Below the pieces are notes generated by a model. That model had not been told where the DNA came from and did not search any database. It saw only the letters and a list, made by a program, of their open reading frames with translations. The translations under genes and the position numbers were made by a program. 64,000 nt of DNA from a virus: IMG/VR virus record IMGVR_UViG_3300006841_000093, positions 70,506 to 134,505 of that record. One strand, 5' to 3'. How positions within the stretch are numbered: the first letter of the stretch is position 1; each line of letters opens with the position of its first letter. Shown here in pieces: positions 28,708 to 38,241 of this stretch.

Positions 28708-28932
28708 ATGAATGTAAAAAAGTTTAAAGAACTTATTGAAACAACAGAATTTGTTGGAAGTACAGATGATTATCTCATCCACAAATTTACAGATGGTGGA
28801 AACTATTTAATTATAGATATCTATGGAGACTTTCTAATCTTAGAGAGAGATAAAATAGAAAGTGTATTTACAAAAATTTGGGATGACCTTTACGGGCCAA
28901 TAACGGAGGAAGTTCCACACATACTAAATTAA
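28708..28932 (+). CDS. hypothetical protein
   Basis: ORF track. Confidence 0.5.
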   Translation: MNVKKFKELIETTEFVGSTDDYLIHKFTDGGNYLIIDIYGDFLILERDKIESVFTKIWDDLYGPITEEVPHILN

Positions 28933-28943
28933 AGGGGGAATAC

Positions 28944-29132
28944 GTGGGGTGGAAACATGAATATACATGGGAGACATTGTTTCATTTCATTTGTGGAGAA
29001 TGTAAGAACTGGTGGAGTTACGCGGGAATTATAGAGAAAAAAATAAATGGTAGACCAACATCAATGACTTGTCCACATTGTGGATATAAAACAGATATTA
29101 AAATGAAAGAGGGGTTTAAACATAATGGCTAA
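28944..29132 (+). CDS. small zinc-finger protein
   Basis: CGEC...CPHC; GTG start. Confidence 0.6.
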   Translation: MGWKHEYTWETLFHFICGECKNWWSYAGIIEKKINGRPTSMTCPHCGYKTDIKMKEGFKHNG

Positions 29133-29274
29133 AAAAGCAAGAGGATGGTCGGCTGTTGAATATAAAAAAAAGAATACCAGCAAGAAGAGAACTAGTATAG
29201 GAAGATCTACAAGTTCCAGACCAAAAAACAAATATAAGAAAAGGGGATGGAAGAAATATCGTGGTCAAGGATGA
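29125..29274 (+). CDS. small basic protein ending KKYRGQG (absent from the ORF track)
   Basis: MAKKARGW...KKYRGQG, 49 aa; C-terminal motif recalled from marine T4-like phages. Confidence 0.6.
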   Translation: MAKKARGWSAVEYKKKNTSKKRTSIGRSTSSRPKNKYKKRGWKKYRGQG

Positions 29275-29361
29275 AGATGGAAAATATCATTATATACCAC
29301 CAGATTCTTTTGAAATAGTAACAACATTAATACGTAAATATAAAGATGAAAACGGAATGGG

Positions 29362-29712
29362 ATGGACTCAATACACAGTAAAAATAAAATCAAAAAAGAA
29401 ATAATAATTCTGAATTTAGTTTGTCTTAATTTAATCCAAATAATATTATGTGTTACTATATTCTTATTGATGACTTCTTGTGCTGTAGAACCTGAAGACT
29501 GGACCAAAGTTAAGCCTCCCCCACAGACACTAGGATTAGAACGGGCAGGATTTTTCAATATTGGTGATTCATTATATTCTCAACATTGTGATCCTAAAGG
29601 TAATCAAATTTGGATGAGATGGGATGAAAATAAAGAATTGTGGAAAAAAGTAAAATATAATACTTTAGGATGTAGAGATGGCGAAAGTGCAACAGGACCA
29701 GACTCCTCCTGA
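29362..29712 (+). CDS. putative lipoprotein
   Basis: hydrophobic stretch then MTSC lipobox; start position uncertain. Confidence 0.5.
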   Translation: MDSIHSKNKIKKEIIILNLVCLNLIQIILCVTIFLLMTSCAVEPEDWTKVKPPPQTLGLERAGFFNIGDSLYSQHCDPKGNQIWMRWDENKELWKKVKYNTLGCRDGESATGPDSS

Positions 29713-30040
29713 AGAAGGTGGTGTAGTAGAAAAAGCAAGAAAAGGTGCTACGGGTCGTGGACTCAAGAGAGTAAGAGAACCTAATAAACCAAGTAAGTTT
29801 GCTGTAATCTTACATAATGATGATTATACACCAATGGAATTTGTAGTATTTGTTCTACAAGAAGTATTTCATCATCCATTTGACCGAGCTGAAAGAATAA
29901 TGTTAAGTGTACACAATGATGGTATGGGAGTTGCAGGAATATATCATTTTGAAATAGCAGAACAAAAAGCGTATGATACAGCTTTAGAAGCAAAAGATAA
30001 TCAATATCCATTAAAAGTAACCGTTGAGGAGATACAATGA
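29678..30040 (+). CDS. clpS: ATP-dependent Clp protease adaptor ClpS
   Basis: VILHNDDYTPMEFVV...MLSVHNDG.GVAG...YPLKVTVE. Confidence 0.95.
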   Translation: MAKVQQDQTPPEEGGVVEKARKGATGRGLKRVREPNKPSKFAVILHNDDYTPMEFVVFVLQEVFHHPFDRAERIMLSVHNDGMGVAGIYHFEIAEQKAYDTALEAKDNQYPLKVTVEEIQ

Positions 30041-30231
30041 TTGACTATATTATAAACATTCTAAAAGGAATATTTAAAAAAGAGAATAAAGATTATGTCT
30101 TAGAAGAAAAAACTGTGGAAAGGAAGCCCAAAGAAATTAAAGTTGGAAAGAAAAAACAACAAGCAAAAAAGAAAACCACAAAAAAGAAGACCACTAATAA
30201 ATCCAAGAAAAAAGGAATGAATTTTACATAG
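30037..30231 (+). CDS. hypothetical basic protein
   Basis: ORF track. Confidence 0.5.
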   Translation: MIDYIINILKGIFKKENKDYVLEEKTVERKPKEIKVGKKKQQAKKKTTKKKTTNKSKKKGMNFT

Positions 30232-30249
30232 TGGATTCAGAAAGGTAAA

Positions 30250-30633
30250 ATGCCAAACGTTGTTCACAAGCATATGATTATGAGAGCAGAAGTGAACGAA
30301 CCATTAATTACTCCAACTGAAACTAAAAAATGGCTACGCGATTTGGTGAAAAAAATAGACATGAATATCTTAGGAGGTCCATATTCATCTTATGTGACTA
30401 AAGAAGGTAATCGTGGTGTAACTGGAATAGTGATGATAGAAACATCACATATAGCAATACACATTTGGGATGAAGAAAGACCCGCCTTAGTACAATGTGA
30501 TGTTTATTCTTGTGCAGATTTTTCTCATGTTGAAGTTGTACAATCATTGGCTCAAATGGAGCCCACAAAAGTTGATTATTTACTACTTGATAGAGAACCA
30601 AATATGAAATGGAGTGGATCATGGCAATGGTAA
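30250..30633 (+). CDS. speD: S-adenosylmethionine decarboxylase-family (pyruvoyl) proenzyme
   Basis: GVTGIVMIETSHIAIHIWDE and DVYSCADF motifs. Confidence 0.8.
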   Translation: MPNVVHKHMIMRAEVNEPLITPTETKKWLRDLVKKIDMNILGGPYSSYVTKEGNRGVTGIVMIETSHIAIHIWDEERPALVQCDVYSCADFSHVEVVQSLAQMEPTKVDYLLLDREPNMKWSGSWQW

Positions 30634-30762
30634 AAAAGCAAAGCTCTTTTGGAGATTATTTTGATGCTCAATATGATAGATTGAGAAAAATGTTGGACAA
30701 TAAGAATGCTCAACAACAAACAGAATGGTTAGAAGATTGGGTAAAGAGACAAGAAGAAAAAG

Positions 30763-31191
30763 ATGGATGAAAAAACTCTTCTTGAAATACGTGAAGCTAT
30801 GAACATTCAGTTTCGTTATAAACTTTATAGATCTCCTGAATTTCCCTTCCTAGCATCTATGGGTATAAATCATATCATACAAGGATTTGAAGCACCAGAC
30901 GAAAAAGAATTTGTTGGAATACTACACCTATGGTATGAAAACAATTCTGGAGAAATATCTTATCAAACTAAAGATCAACATTTTTTAGCCGGATATTGGA
31001 AACACGAATGGTATGATCATCCTCAAGATGCAATCAAATTAGCAATGTATATTTCTAAAGCTAAACCTTACGATGAAAATAAACTTGTACAAATACACAT
31101 GAATTATACCAAAGAAATAGCAGATAGAGTAAGTGAAAAAGCAAGAATGAAAATATTAGAAGAAGAATCTAATGATTTTTGGTTAAATTAA
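30763..31191 (+). CDS. hypothetical protein
   Basis: ORF track. Confidence 0.6.
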   Translation: MDEKTLLEIREAMNIQFRYKLYRSPEFPFLASMGINHIIQGFEAPDEKEFVGILHLWYENNSGEISYQTKDQHFLAGYWKHEWYDHPQDAIKLAMYISKAKPYDENKLVQIHMNYTKEIADRVSEKARMKILEEESNDFWLN

Positions 31192-31198
31192 TAAACAC

Positions 31199-31227
31199 TT
31201 GACTTTTCTACAATTATCATGTATAAT
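31199..31227 (+). promoter_or_regulatory. sigma70-type early promoter
   Basis: TAAACAC-TTGACT-17 nt-TATAAT. Confidence 0.85.
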
Positions 31228-31250
31228 AGTGGTAATATTAAATAAATAAT

Positions 31251-31505
31251 ATGAGTAAGTATAGAGTATGGGATGATATCCCTAGAGATGTAGTTTGTTG
31301 TAACAACTGTCATCATATACAATGGCTCGTAGATATAGGTGGAGGTATTAGATGCACTCACCCAAAAAACGAGTATAGATTCTTTCGTGAAGCGAGATGG
31401 GGAAAACCTGATTTGATCAACGACAAGACAAGACCACGAAAACCTGTAATTCCAGGCATCGGAGAGTCTTGTGAGAATTTTATACACAAGGACGATTTTG
31501 GGTAG
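31251..31505 (+). CDS. Cys-rich hypothetical protein
   Basis: CNNC...C...C. Confidence 0.55.
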   Translation: MSKYRVWDDIPRDVVCCNNCHHIQWLVDIGGGIRCTHPKNEYRFFREARWGKPDLINDKTRPRKPVIPGIGESCENFIHKDDFG

Positions 31506-31957
31506 AGATAATACAACTAAATGGTTTATATTTTTGTCAGCAATAGCTGCTGGCTTAATTCTTGGTCAAGTATTGGCCGTTTATACATTATGAGGAAAAT
31601 ATGGCAAGTATAACAGAGATCCGAGCAATGGGATCGATATTAGAAAGAAAGAGTAGAGGTAGAATTTGGAATAATGATGCTTCCTCTAGTCAACAGAAGA
31701 AAAAGAAACACAAGAAGTCAAAAGAACATTATCGCAAGGATTGGGATAAAGATCTTTGGGATTGATATCTCAGAAAGGGGGGTTTTTTGAGAGGAAAACT
31801 TTTCGGACATTGGATGCAGATAGAATGGATCGCTTTAGTGTGTTTATTCTATTATGTTTTCTATTTAATTTTTTGGTAATCTTTTTATTTTCAATTACCT
31901 TACTTCTTTTAATTTGACCGGTGTTACACCCGTATTTATACAATTGCGTTTTTAAGA

Positions 31958-32359
31958 ATGAAGTATCTAATTATATTAACATTAGTAATTACTGGATGTG
32001 TAGGATATTTTAAACTGCCTGATGACTGGGAGTGGAGTGATCCTTTAAGGCAAAATGTTAAATGTGGTAAAGATGAACATTGTTTAGATTTGACAGAGAG
32101 AATGGGCGGATTTGAAGGAACAATCTTCAAAGAATTAGAGCCTATAAAGGGATGGAGACAAATAGGATGTATTCACTCTAAGCAATTAGATCCTACAACA
32201 ATAATTGAACAAATGTACTGTGAATATTGTAATAAGGAAGATCATCAAATGTGGATGGTCTATGATTACAAACTTGAAGAGTGGACTATGGATGACCAAG
32301 AATGGCTTAATGTTTGTGGTACTCCTCATCCAACATTTAACAAAGAAATTAATAGATGA
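31958..32359 (+). CDS. lipoprotein
   Basis: MKYLIILTLVITGC lipobox. Confidence 0.65.
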   Translation: MKYLIILTLVITGCVGYFKLPDDWEWSDPLRQNVKCGKDEHCLDLTERMGGFEGTIFKELEPIKGWRQIGCIHSKQLDPTTIIEQMYCEYCNKEDHQMWMVYDYKLEEWTMDDQEWLNVCGTPHPTFNKEINR

Positions 32360-32521
32360 TTGAAGCTATAGTATGGTTTCTACCATGGCTTACAGAAGCA
32401 TGGTTGTGGGAGAACTCAGTAAAAATTGCAATAGTAGGTACATTAATATTTCAGAAACCTCGTAACTGGTGTGTTGATTATGATTCACAAGGTTACGATA
32501 CTTTATTTTATTGTTTGTAAT

Positions 32522-34132
32522 ATGAATATTATTATAGTAGGTGGTGGTACTGCAGGATGGATGACAGCAACCACACTATTAAGTGAATTTCCTAACAAAA
32601 AAATTACACTTGTAGAATCCCCAAATATTTCTAATATAGGTGTAGGAGAAAGTACTGTTGCGGGTGGTCAAAGTGGTTTTCAAGGTATTGCTAATTGGTT
32701 AAATTTGGTAGGAATTAATGATCTTGATTTTATGCCACATTGTGATTCTATCTACAAATTAAGTATAGCATTTAAAGATTGGTATCGTAAAGATTCGGGG
32801 ACATTTCATTATCCTTTTGGTCAGCCAAGAGTTCTACCTAATATTGGATTGGATGATTGGTATTTTAAAAAAATATTTTTCCCCCAAGCTTCCCCCACAA
32901 GTGATTATGCAAATAATTTTTTCCCAGGCATGGTACTTGTAAATCAAAACAAATCCCTCTTTACTGATAGTTTCAATTCTAATTCTGATCATTCAGAACT
33001 AAATGAAATAAACGATGAAGTTCAATTACATTCAAGATATTCTTATCAATTTGACGCCACTAAATTCGGTATATGGTTAAAAGACAATTACTGTAACAAA
33101 TTCAGTAACTTTACACATATTCTAGGAGAAGTAGAAAAGGCTTCTTTGGATGATAATGGAATTAAATATCTAATATTAGATGATGGACGAAGACTTAAAG
33201 CAGATTTATTTATAGATTGTACTGGATTTAAATCTTTATTATTAAAAGAATTTGATGTTCCATTTATACACATTGATAATTATCTTACAAATAATTTGGC
33301 ATGGGCCACAAAAATTCCCTATAAAGATCCTGAAACTCAAATTGTAAATTATACAAATTGTACAGCTATAGACAATGGATGGGTATGGGAAATACCTTTA
33401 TGGTCTAGAATGGGGGCGGGTTATGTGTTTTCTGATGAATTCGTTACTAAAGGACACGCTTTATGTGAGTTTAAAGCAGAACTACAGAAAAAGGGATATG
33501 AAGATGTCGAAGAATTAGATTATCACCTGATTTCAATGCGATGTGGCATTCATTCAAAATTATGGGTTAAAAATACATGTGCAATTGGTTTGTCTGCTGG
33601 GTTTATTGAACCATTACAATCTAATGGACTACATTGTACATATCAATTTCTATTTAACTTATGTCGTATATTAGAAAGAGATCATGTAAGTGAATGGGAT
33701 AGAAAAGAATTTACTACCAAGTGTCATGATGACTATTATGGATTTGCGGCAACAGTAGTAACTAATTATGCCCTTTCCCATAGAGATGATTCTAAATATT
33801 GGAGAGAAATACAAAATAAAAAATGGCCAGAAGAACTTTTTTCTCCTAATTGTAATGATTTATCGGGAAAATTTCATCAGGCATATAGAGATAGACAATT
33901 TAATAATCAATTCAATTCATATAGTCCTGTTCATATACTAGCGGCTGGCATGAATTGGAATCCTACAGATGTACATTCAATAAAATATGGTGGTGGTAAC
34001 TTAGATATTATGAAAAAAATAGCTTTTATTCATGCCATGAAACTTGAGGAAAGACAAAAAAATTGGAGAAATCAAATTAAAGATTTTCCAAGCCCTTATC
34101 AATATTTAAAGAAAAATATCCATGAAAGTTAA
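32522..34132 (+). CDS. tryptophan halogenase (PrnA)-like flavin-dependent enzyme
   Basis: IIVGGGTAGW, GVGEST, FIDCTGF, WVWEIPL and GFIEPLQS motifs; start at ATG 32522. Confidence 0.9.
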   Translation: MNIIIVGGGTAGWMTATTLLSEFPNKKITLVESPNISNIGVGESTVAGGQSGFQGIANWLNLVGINDLDFMPHCDSIYKLSIAFKDWYRKDSGTFHYPFGQPRVLPNIGLDDWYFKKIFFPQASPTSDYANNFFPGMVLVNQNKSLFTDSFNSNSDHSELNEINDEVQLHSRYSYQFDATKFGIWLKDNYCNKFSNFTHILGEVEKASLDDNGIKYLILDDGRRLKADLFIDCTGFKSLLLKEFDVPFIHIDNYLTNNLAWATKIPYKDPETQIVNYTNCTAIDNGWVWEIPLWSRMGAGYVFSDEFVTKGHALCEFKAELQKKGYEDVEELDYHLISMRCGIHSKLWVKNTCAIGLSAGFIEPLQSNGLHCTYQFLFNLCRILERDHVSEWDRKEFTTKCHDDYYGFAATVVTNYALSHRDDSKYWREIQNKKWPEELFSPNCNDLSGKFHQAYRDRQFNNQFNSYSPVHILAAGMNWNPTDVHSIKYGGGNLDIMKKIAFIHAMKLEERQKNWRNQIKDFPSPYQYLKKNIHES

Positions 34133-34394
34133 AATAATTAAATTATCAACTGGAGAAGAATTAGTATCTAGATGTGTAGAAAAAGAAGATGAAGTTATTT
34201 TAAATAAACCTATGACTTTACAAGCTGTCCAAACTAACCAAGCTAATCAAGTGGGAATGGCACTCATGCCTTGGCTGATGGCAGGAAAATGTGAAGAAGT
34301 GGTTATTAAAAAGAGTTTGATTATTGCAGTAGATGAACCCAAAGATCAAGCTGAAAAGAATTACTTATCAAATGTGACAGGATTATCATTATAG
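34122..34394 (+). CDS. conserved Sm-like-fold phage protein
   Basis: IIKLSTGEELV...L.PW pattern common in T4-like phages. Confidence 0.6.
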   Translation: MKVKIIKLSTGEELVSRCVEKEDEVILNKPMTLQAVQTNQANQVGMALMPWLMAGKCEEVVIKKSLIIAVDEPKDQAEKNYLSNVTGLSL

Positions 34395-34808
34395 ATGAAA
34401 ATTTTAATAATGGGAATGCCCGAAACAGGGAAGAGTACATTAGCAAACCAGATATGTCTTGAACTAAAAGCAAAACTTCTCAATGCAGATCAAATAAGAG
34501 AAAAATTTGACGATTGGGATTTTACTGAAAGGGGTAGAATAAGACAAGCATATCGTATGAGAGATTTAGCAATCTTCTGTGATACAAAAGATGGTTATGT
34601 TGTATGTGATTTTATTTGTCCAACTCCTGAGACAAGGAAGATTTTCAATGCCGATTTTACTGTATGGGTAGATACTAAAGGTACAGATAAATATGATGAT
34701 ACTAATAGATTATTTACTCAACCAGAGACTTATGATTTCCGCGTGACAACCAAAGATGCACAATTTTGGACTCCAAAAATATGCCGATTGATAGAGAAAA
34801 CAAAGTAA
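34395..34808 (+). CDS. adenylylsulfate kinase-like P-loop protein
   Basis: GMPETGKSTLA, LNADQIR and DFICP motifs. Confidence 0.7.
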   Translation: MKILIMGMPETGKSTLANQICLELKAKLLNADQIREKFDDWDFTERGRIRQAYRMRDLAIFCDTKDGYVVCDFICPTPETRKIFNADFTVWVDTKGTDKYDDTNRLFTQPETYDFRVTTKDAQFWTPKICRLIEKTK

Positions 34809-35365
34809 TTTTTATTCATGTTCCTAGATGTGCAGGAACTTCTATAATTAAAGCAGTCAATAATGAATTTGGAAAGATGGATCATATTGGTCATCACTTT
34901 TGGGAAGATTATAAACCTTACCTAAGTGAATGGGATTGGAATGATTACACTAAGTTTTGTGTATTTCGTGACCCCTTAGAAAGATTCCTATCTGCATATC
35001 GATATGCCCAAATGGAGAGATCTTTTTGGCACGACAGAGACACACAGAAACATCATGATTATGATATATGTAAATCGGTTGACATTAATGTGTTAGCTAG
35101 ATTACTAGAAAAAGGAACATCACTATGGCATGAGTCTTGGGCTCCTCAATCATCTTGGATAAATGGATTAAGAGATAAGATAATTTTAAAATTTGAAAAT
35201 ATTCAACAAGAAATTAAAAAGATTTATCCTAATCTTGAAGTTCTTTGGAAAGTAAATTCTTCAAACAAATACGCCATGACTATACACCCCAATGATTATA
35301 CTAAAAATTTCCTTAGAGAGTATTATCAAAAAGATTATAAAATATGGGAAAATCTTAAAAAATAA
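34781..35365 (+). CDS. sulfotransferase family 2-like protein
   Basis: IFIHVPRCAGTSI, FRDPLERFLSAY and HxxPQ-like motifs. Confidence 0.8.
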   Translation: MPIDRENKVIFIHVPRCAGTSIIKAVNNEFGKMDHIGHHFWEDYKPYLSEWDWNDYTKFCVFRDPLERFLSAYRYAQMERSFWHDRDTQKHHDYDICKSVDINVLARLLEKGTSLWHESWAPQSSWINGLRDKIILKFENIQQEIKKIYPNLEVLWKVNSSNKYAMTIHPNDYTKNFLREYYQKDYKIWENLKK

Positions 35366-35373
35366 ATATTATT

Positions 35374-35835
35374 ATGAAAAAAAAACTTTATGTAGATATA
35401 GATGGTACGATATGTACTTTACACAAATCCTTTGATATAAAAGATTACACAAAAGGTGTGAATGTGCCCCGTGCCGATACGGGTCAAATAGCAGCATTCG
35501 ATTTTGAAGATTTACTAAACATCTATAAAGATATAAAACCTTATTATGATAGAATTGAACATATTAATTCTCTATATGATGATGGTAAACATAATATTAC
35601 TTATTGGACTGCTAGAGGATATAGACATACACAATTAATGAAACGTGCTGGTAGTGGATCAACAGATCATATAGCAGAAAAGGCTGCTTTTTATGAACTT
35701 ACTGAAAAACAACTTAAAGAGTGGGGTTGTAAGTATCATGAACTTCAAGTTGCTACTAAGCCTGTTTGGGATTTATATATTTGTGATAAATCTATACACT
35801 CAGATGATTATTTTTCAAAAGTATTGAATGGGTGA
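35374..35835 (+). CDS. HAD-family phosphatase-like protein
   Basis: YVDIDGTIC, YWTARG and KP..DLYICDK motifs. Confidence 0.75.
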   Translation: MKKKLYVDIDGTICTLHKSFDIKDYTKGVNVPRADTGQIAAFDFEDLLNIYKDIKPYYDRIEHINSLYDDGKHNITYWTARGYRHTQLMKRAGSGSTDHIAEKAAFYELTEKQLKEWGCKYHELQVATKPVWDLYICDKSIHSDDYFSKVLNG

Positions 35836-36232
35836 AAAGAATATAGTATGGAAGGGTGATTTCGAAATAGACCTTGTTAAACAAGATAGTTTAACAGTAA
35901 TGAGACATCACGCAGATCAACAAATAAAGAAACTTCAAGAACACGCAGTTCTATTGGTTGATCAAGTAAAAGAAATTATTGAAAGAGTGAGGTTAGCAGA
36001 ACTCATAGCAACAGCAGAGTATGGATTTAAACCTATACCTCTAAAAGAATATTATCTCTATGAAAAGGATGATAAGTTGGTACTAACATTAATCAGCCCA
36101 GATGAATGGGATTCACCTTATGGAGAATGTATTGCTACAGTAAGACAACTAGGAGATTCAACATGGGAACAGATAACATCAGAAGTCACAGAGACACAGC
36201 AGCAACAATCGAAGTACTCAGAGAACAAATAG
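35828..36232 (+). CDS. DUF2452-like protein
   Basis: A.YGFKPIP.K.YYLY....LTLISPDEW pattern. Confidence 0.55.
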   Translation: MGEKNIVWKGDFEIDLVKQDSLTVMRHHADQQIKKLQEHAVLLVDQVKEIIERVRLAELIATAEYGFKPIPLKEYYLYEKDDKLVLTLISPDEWDSPYGECIATVRQLGDSTWEQITSEVTETQQQQSKYSENK

Positions 36233-36372
36233 AAGTTTTCAGATCGAGAATTGAAGAACATGATACGGGTCATTTGTACACTACAATTTCGACCCTAGAA
36301 CACAGAATTGAAGAATTAGAAAAAGAATCAAAAGAACTAATCAACAAAGGATATATGTCGAGTTATGAATAA
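36163..36372 (+). CDS. small helical protein (paralog of 37223-37378)
   Basis: AGGAG RBS; IEVLREQIEVF...HDTGHLYTTISTLEHRIEEL. Confidence 0.6.
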   Translation: MGTDNIRSHRDTAATIEVLREQIEVFRSRIEEHDTGHLYTTISTLEHRIEELEKESKELINKGYMSSYE

Positions 36373-36643
36373 AGACCCAAAATACCCAGCTTGGTTGATT
36401 AAGTATTGTGGATCTTGAAACTATAAACCTCAGGCGGAAAGTCTTTCTGCTGAAATGAAGGCATTAGGTTTCAATGTCATAATACAAGAAGGTGATACTG
36501 GACAGTTTGAACTGTTTAGTCATAAGGGAACGAATTATAATTATAACGCCGAGAACTGGATTTCGTATATGAAAGAAGGTGATGGTGTTCCAAAGTTTTT
36601 TACATTACGTGATGTGGAAAAGAAATTATCTAATCTGATATAA
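36365..36643 (+). CDS. SelW/SelT/SelH (Rdx-family) selenoprotein with in-frame UGA at 36416-36418
   Basis: MNKDPKYPAWLIKYCGS-U-NYKPQAESLSAEMKALGFNVIIQEGDTGQFELF...; CxxU motif and GxxGxFE of the Rdx family; in frame with the track ORF at 36455. Confidence 0.85.
36430..36453 (+). promoter_or_regulatory. bacterial-type SECIS-like hairpin
   Basis: TCAG-g-CGGAAA-GTC-TTTCTG-CTGA stem starting 11 nt after the UGA; loop G lies 22 nt after the UGA. Confidence 0.6.
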
Positions 36644-36649
36644 AATAAT

Positions 36650-36883
36650 ATGATTACAATAAACATAGGACCAAAACAAGACCCCAAACGGGCAATACAA
36701 AAATTAAAGAATAAAGTAATAACAGAAGAGCTTTTTATTGAACTCAAACGCAGAAGACACTATCTTAAACCCTCTGCCCGAAAGAAACTTAAGAGAGAAG
36801 AAGCTGCTAAACAAAGAGTTAAAGATCAAAATAAGGCTCTCCGTAGAGCAGAACAACAATACAACGAAAACTTACAACGATGA
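36650..36883 (+). CDS. rpsU: 30S ribosomal protein bS21 (phage-encoded)
   Basis: AIQKLKNKV...ELKRRRHYLKPSARKKLKREEA matches the bS21 signature. Confidence 0.85.
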   Translation: MITINIGPKQDPKRAIQKLKNKVITEELFIELKRRRHYLKPSARKKLKREEAAKQRVKDQNKALRRAEQQYNENLQR

Positions 36884-36978
36884 AACATCATAATATAATA
36901 ATAGTTACCTTGATATTGATATGTTTTTCTCTTGTGGTAACGTGTTCACATTTATTAGTAGATTCTTATGGTATATAA
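36880..36978 (+). CDS. 32-aa membrane peptide
   Basis: MKHHNIIIVTLILICFSLVVTCSHLLV; ATGA-coupled to rpsU. Confidence 0.4.
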   Translation: MKHHNIIIVTLILICFSLVVTCSHLLVDSYGI

Positions 36979-36987
36979 AAGGAGGAT

Positions 36988-37221
36988 ATGACAGCAATAG
37001 TATATTCAGGCACTAACTGTGTTTGGTGTGATAGAGTAGTAAATTTATTAAAAGAATATGGCGAAGAGATTACTAAAATTGATCTTGATAGCAAAGAAAA
37101 AGTAAAGGAAATGCAAGAAGCATGTGGAAAGAAAGTCAATACTGTACCTCAAGTAATCATCGATGGAGCACATATAGGTGGTTACACAGAAACAGAACGA
37201 TACATTAACCAACGGAAATAG
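36988..37221 (+). CDS. grx: glutaredoxin
   Basis: CVWC, TVPQVII and HIGGY motifs; AGGAGG RBS. Confidence 0.92.
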   Translation: MTAIVYSGTNCVWCDRVVNLLKEYGEEITKIDLDSKEKVKEMQEACGKKVNTVPQVIIDGAHIGGYTETERYINQRK

Positions 37222-37222
37222 A

Positions 37223-37378
37223 ATGGATAAAGCGATACAGACATACATTTCGGTACTCAAGGCCGAGATAGCACATTTGAAAACACTACTTGAACCAACT
37301 GAAGATAAACGATTAACAGGAATTCCTGATACGATTGTCACACTACAACGGCGTGTCAAGGAGTTAGAAAATGGATAA
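37223..37378 (+). CDS. small helical protein (paralog of 36163-36372)
   Basis: ISVLKAEIAHLK...TGIPDTIVTLQRRVKEL. Confidence 0.55.
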   Translation: MDKAIQTYISVLKAEIAHLKTLLEPTEDKRLTGIPDTIVTLQRRVKELENG

Positions 37379-37559
37379 AAATGTAGAGAATGTGGTGTCT
37401 CAATTACGAGCACGAGAAGAACGTGGACTAAGTAAATATGGTGTGAATACTGAAAGAACTGATCTTTCTACCCTAGAATGGTTACAACACCTACAAGAAG
37501 AGCTCATGGATGGAGCAGTATATGTAGAGAAAATTAAACAAGAACTCCTTGAAAAATGA
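37371..37559 (+). CDS. conserved phage protein
   Basis: RGLSKYG...WLQHLQEELMDGAVY pattern. Confidence 0.65.
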   Translation: MDKNVENVVSQLRAREERGLSKYGVNTERTDLSTLEWLQHLQEELMDGAVYVEKIKQELLEK

Positions 37560-37957
37560 GTAAAATTACTGGATTTGGTATGTTACATGTATCATTAATA
37601 GATTCAAAAAAACCTACTACACAACTGTTAGGGAGATTTCAGCCCTGGCATGATGGACACACAGAACTCTTCAAAAAAGCACTTTCCTATACTGGACAAG
37701 TTGCTATTTTGCTCAGAGAGCTGGATAAAAACGAAGACAATCCATACTCATTAGAAGACAGAATAGTACAAATCAATGAAGCCCTCAAAGACTACATAGG
37801 ACAATATGAGATATATCCTATGCCTAATATTACACATATCACCTATGGTAGAGATGTCGGTTACACCATAAAAGAAGAAGTATTACCCCAAAATATACAA
37901 GATATATCAGCCTCTAAAATACGTAAAAAAAGAAAGATGTGGAGGGCATCTTGTTAA
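37556..37957 (+). CDS. cytidylyltransferase-like (HxGH) protein
   Basis: LGRFQPWHDGH, ITYGRDVGY and ISASKIR motifs. Confidence 0.8.
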   Translation: MSKITGFGMLHVSLIDSKKPTTQLLGRFQPWHDGHTELFKKALSYTGQVAILLRELDKNEDNPYSLEDRIVQINEALKDYIGQYEIYPMPNITHITYGRDVGYTIKEEVLPQNIQDISASKIRKKRKMWRASC

Positions 37958-38241
37958 AACCCTTTCAGATAATATGGGAACTGATAGAGTTTGGACTACA
38001 AGCTTTGTTCTTGTGGGTACTAGCAATTATCTTGTGTGTGGGGTTAATAGCGGGTGTAATATATAACAAAAAACAACAAGAACCTCAAGTAGAATACATC
38101 TATGAGAAGGTGGAAATAATAAAAGAAATAGAGAAAACTCTAGAAGATAGAGAATTAATATGTACTAGAATTGAAGGTTGTGAAACCTTTAAAAATGCCA
38201 AAACCCCAGAAGAATACTGTCCAACGTGTGAATACAAATGA
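37939..38241 (+). CDS. membrane-anchored hypothetical protein
   Basis: TM segment plus C-terminal CxxC. Confidence 0.5.
   Translation: MEGILLKPFQIIWELIEFGLQALFLWVLAIILCVGLIAGVIYNKKQQEPQVEYIYEKVEIIKEIEKTLEDRELICTRIEGCETFKNAKTPEEYCPTCEYK

Noticed and set aside
36455-36643. Track ORF of 62 aa starting MKALGF
   Set aside because: It is the C-terminal part of the UGA-read-through selenoprotein starting at 36365.
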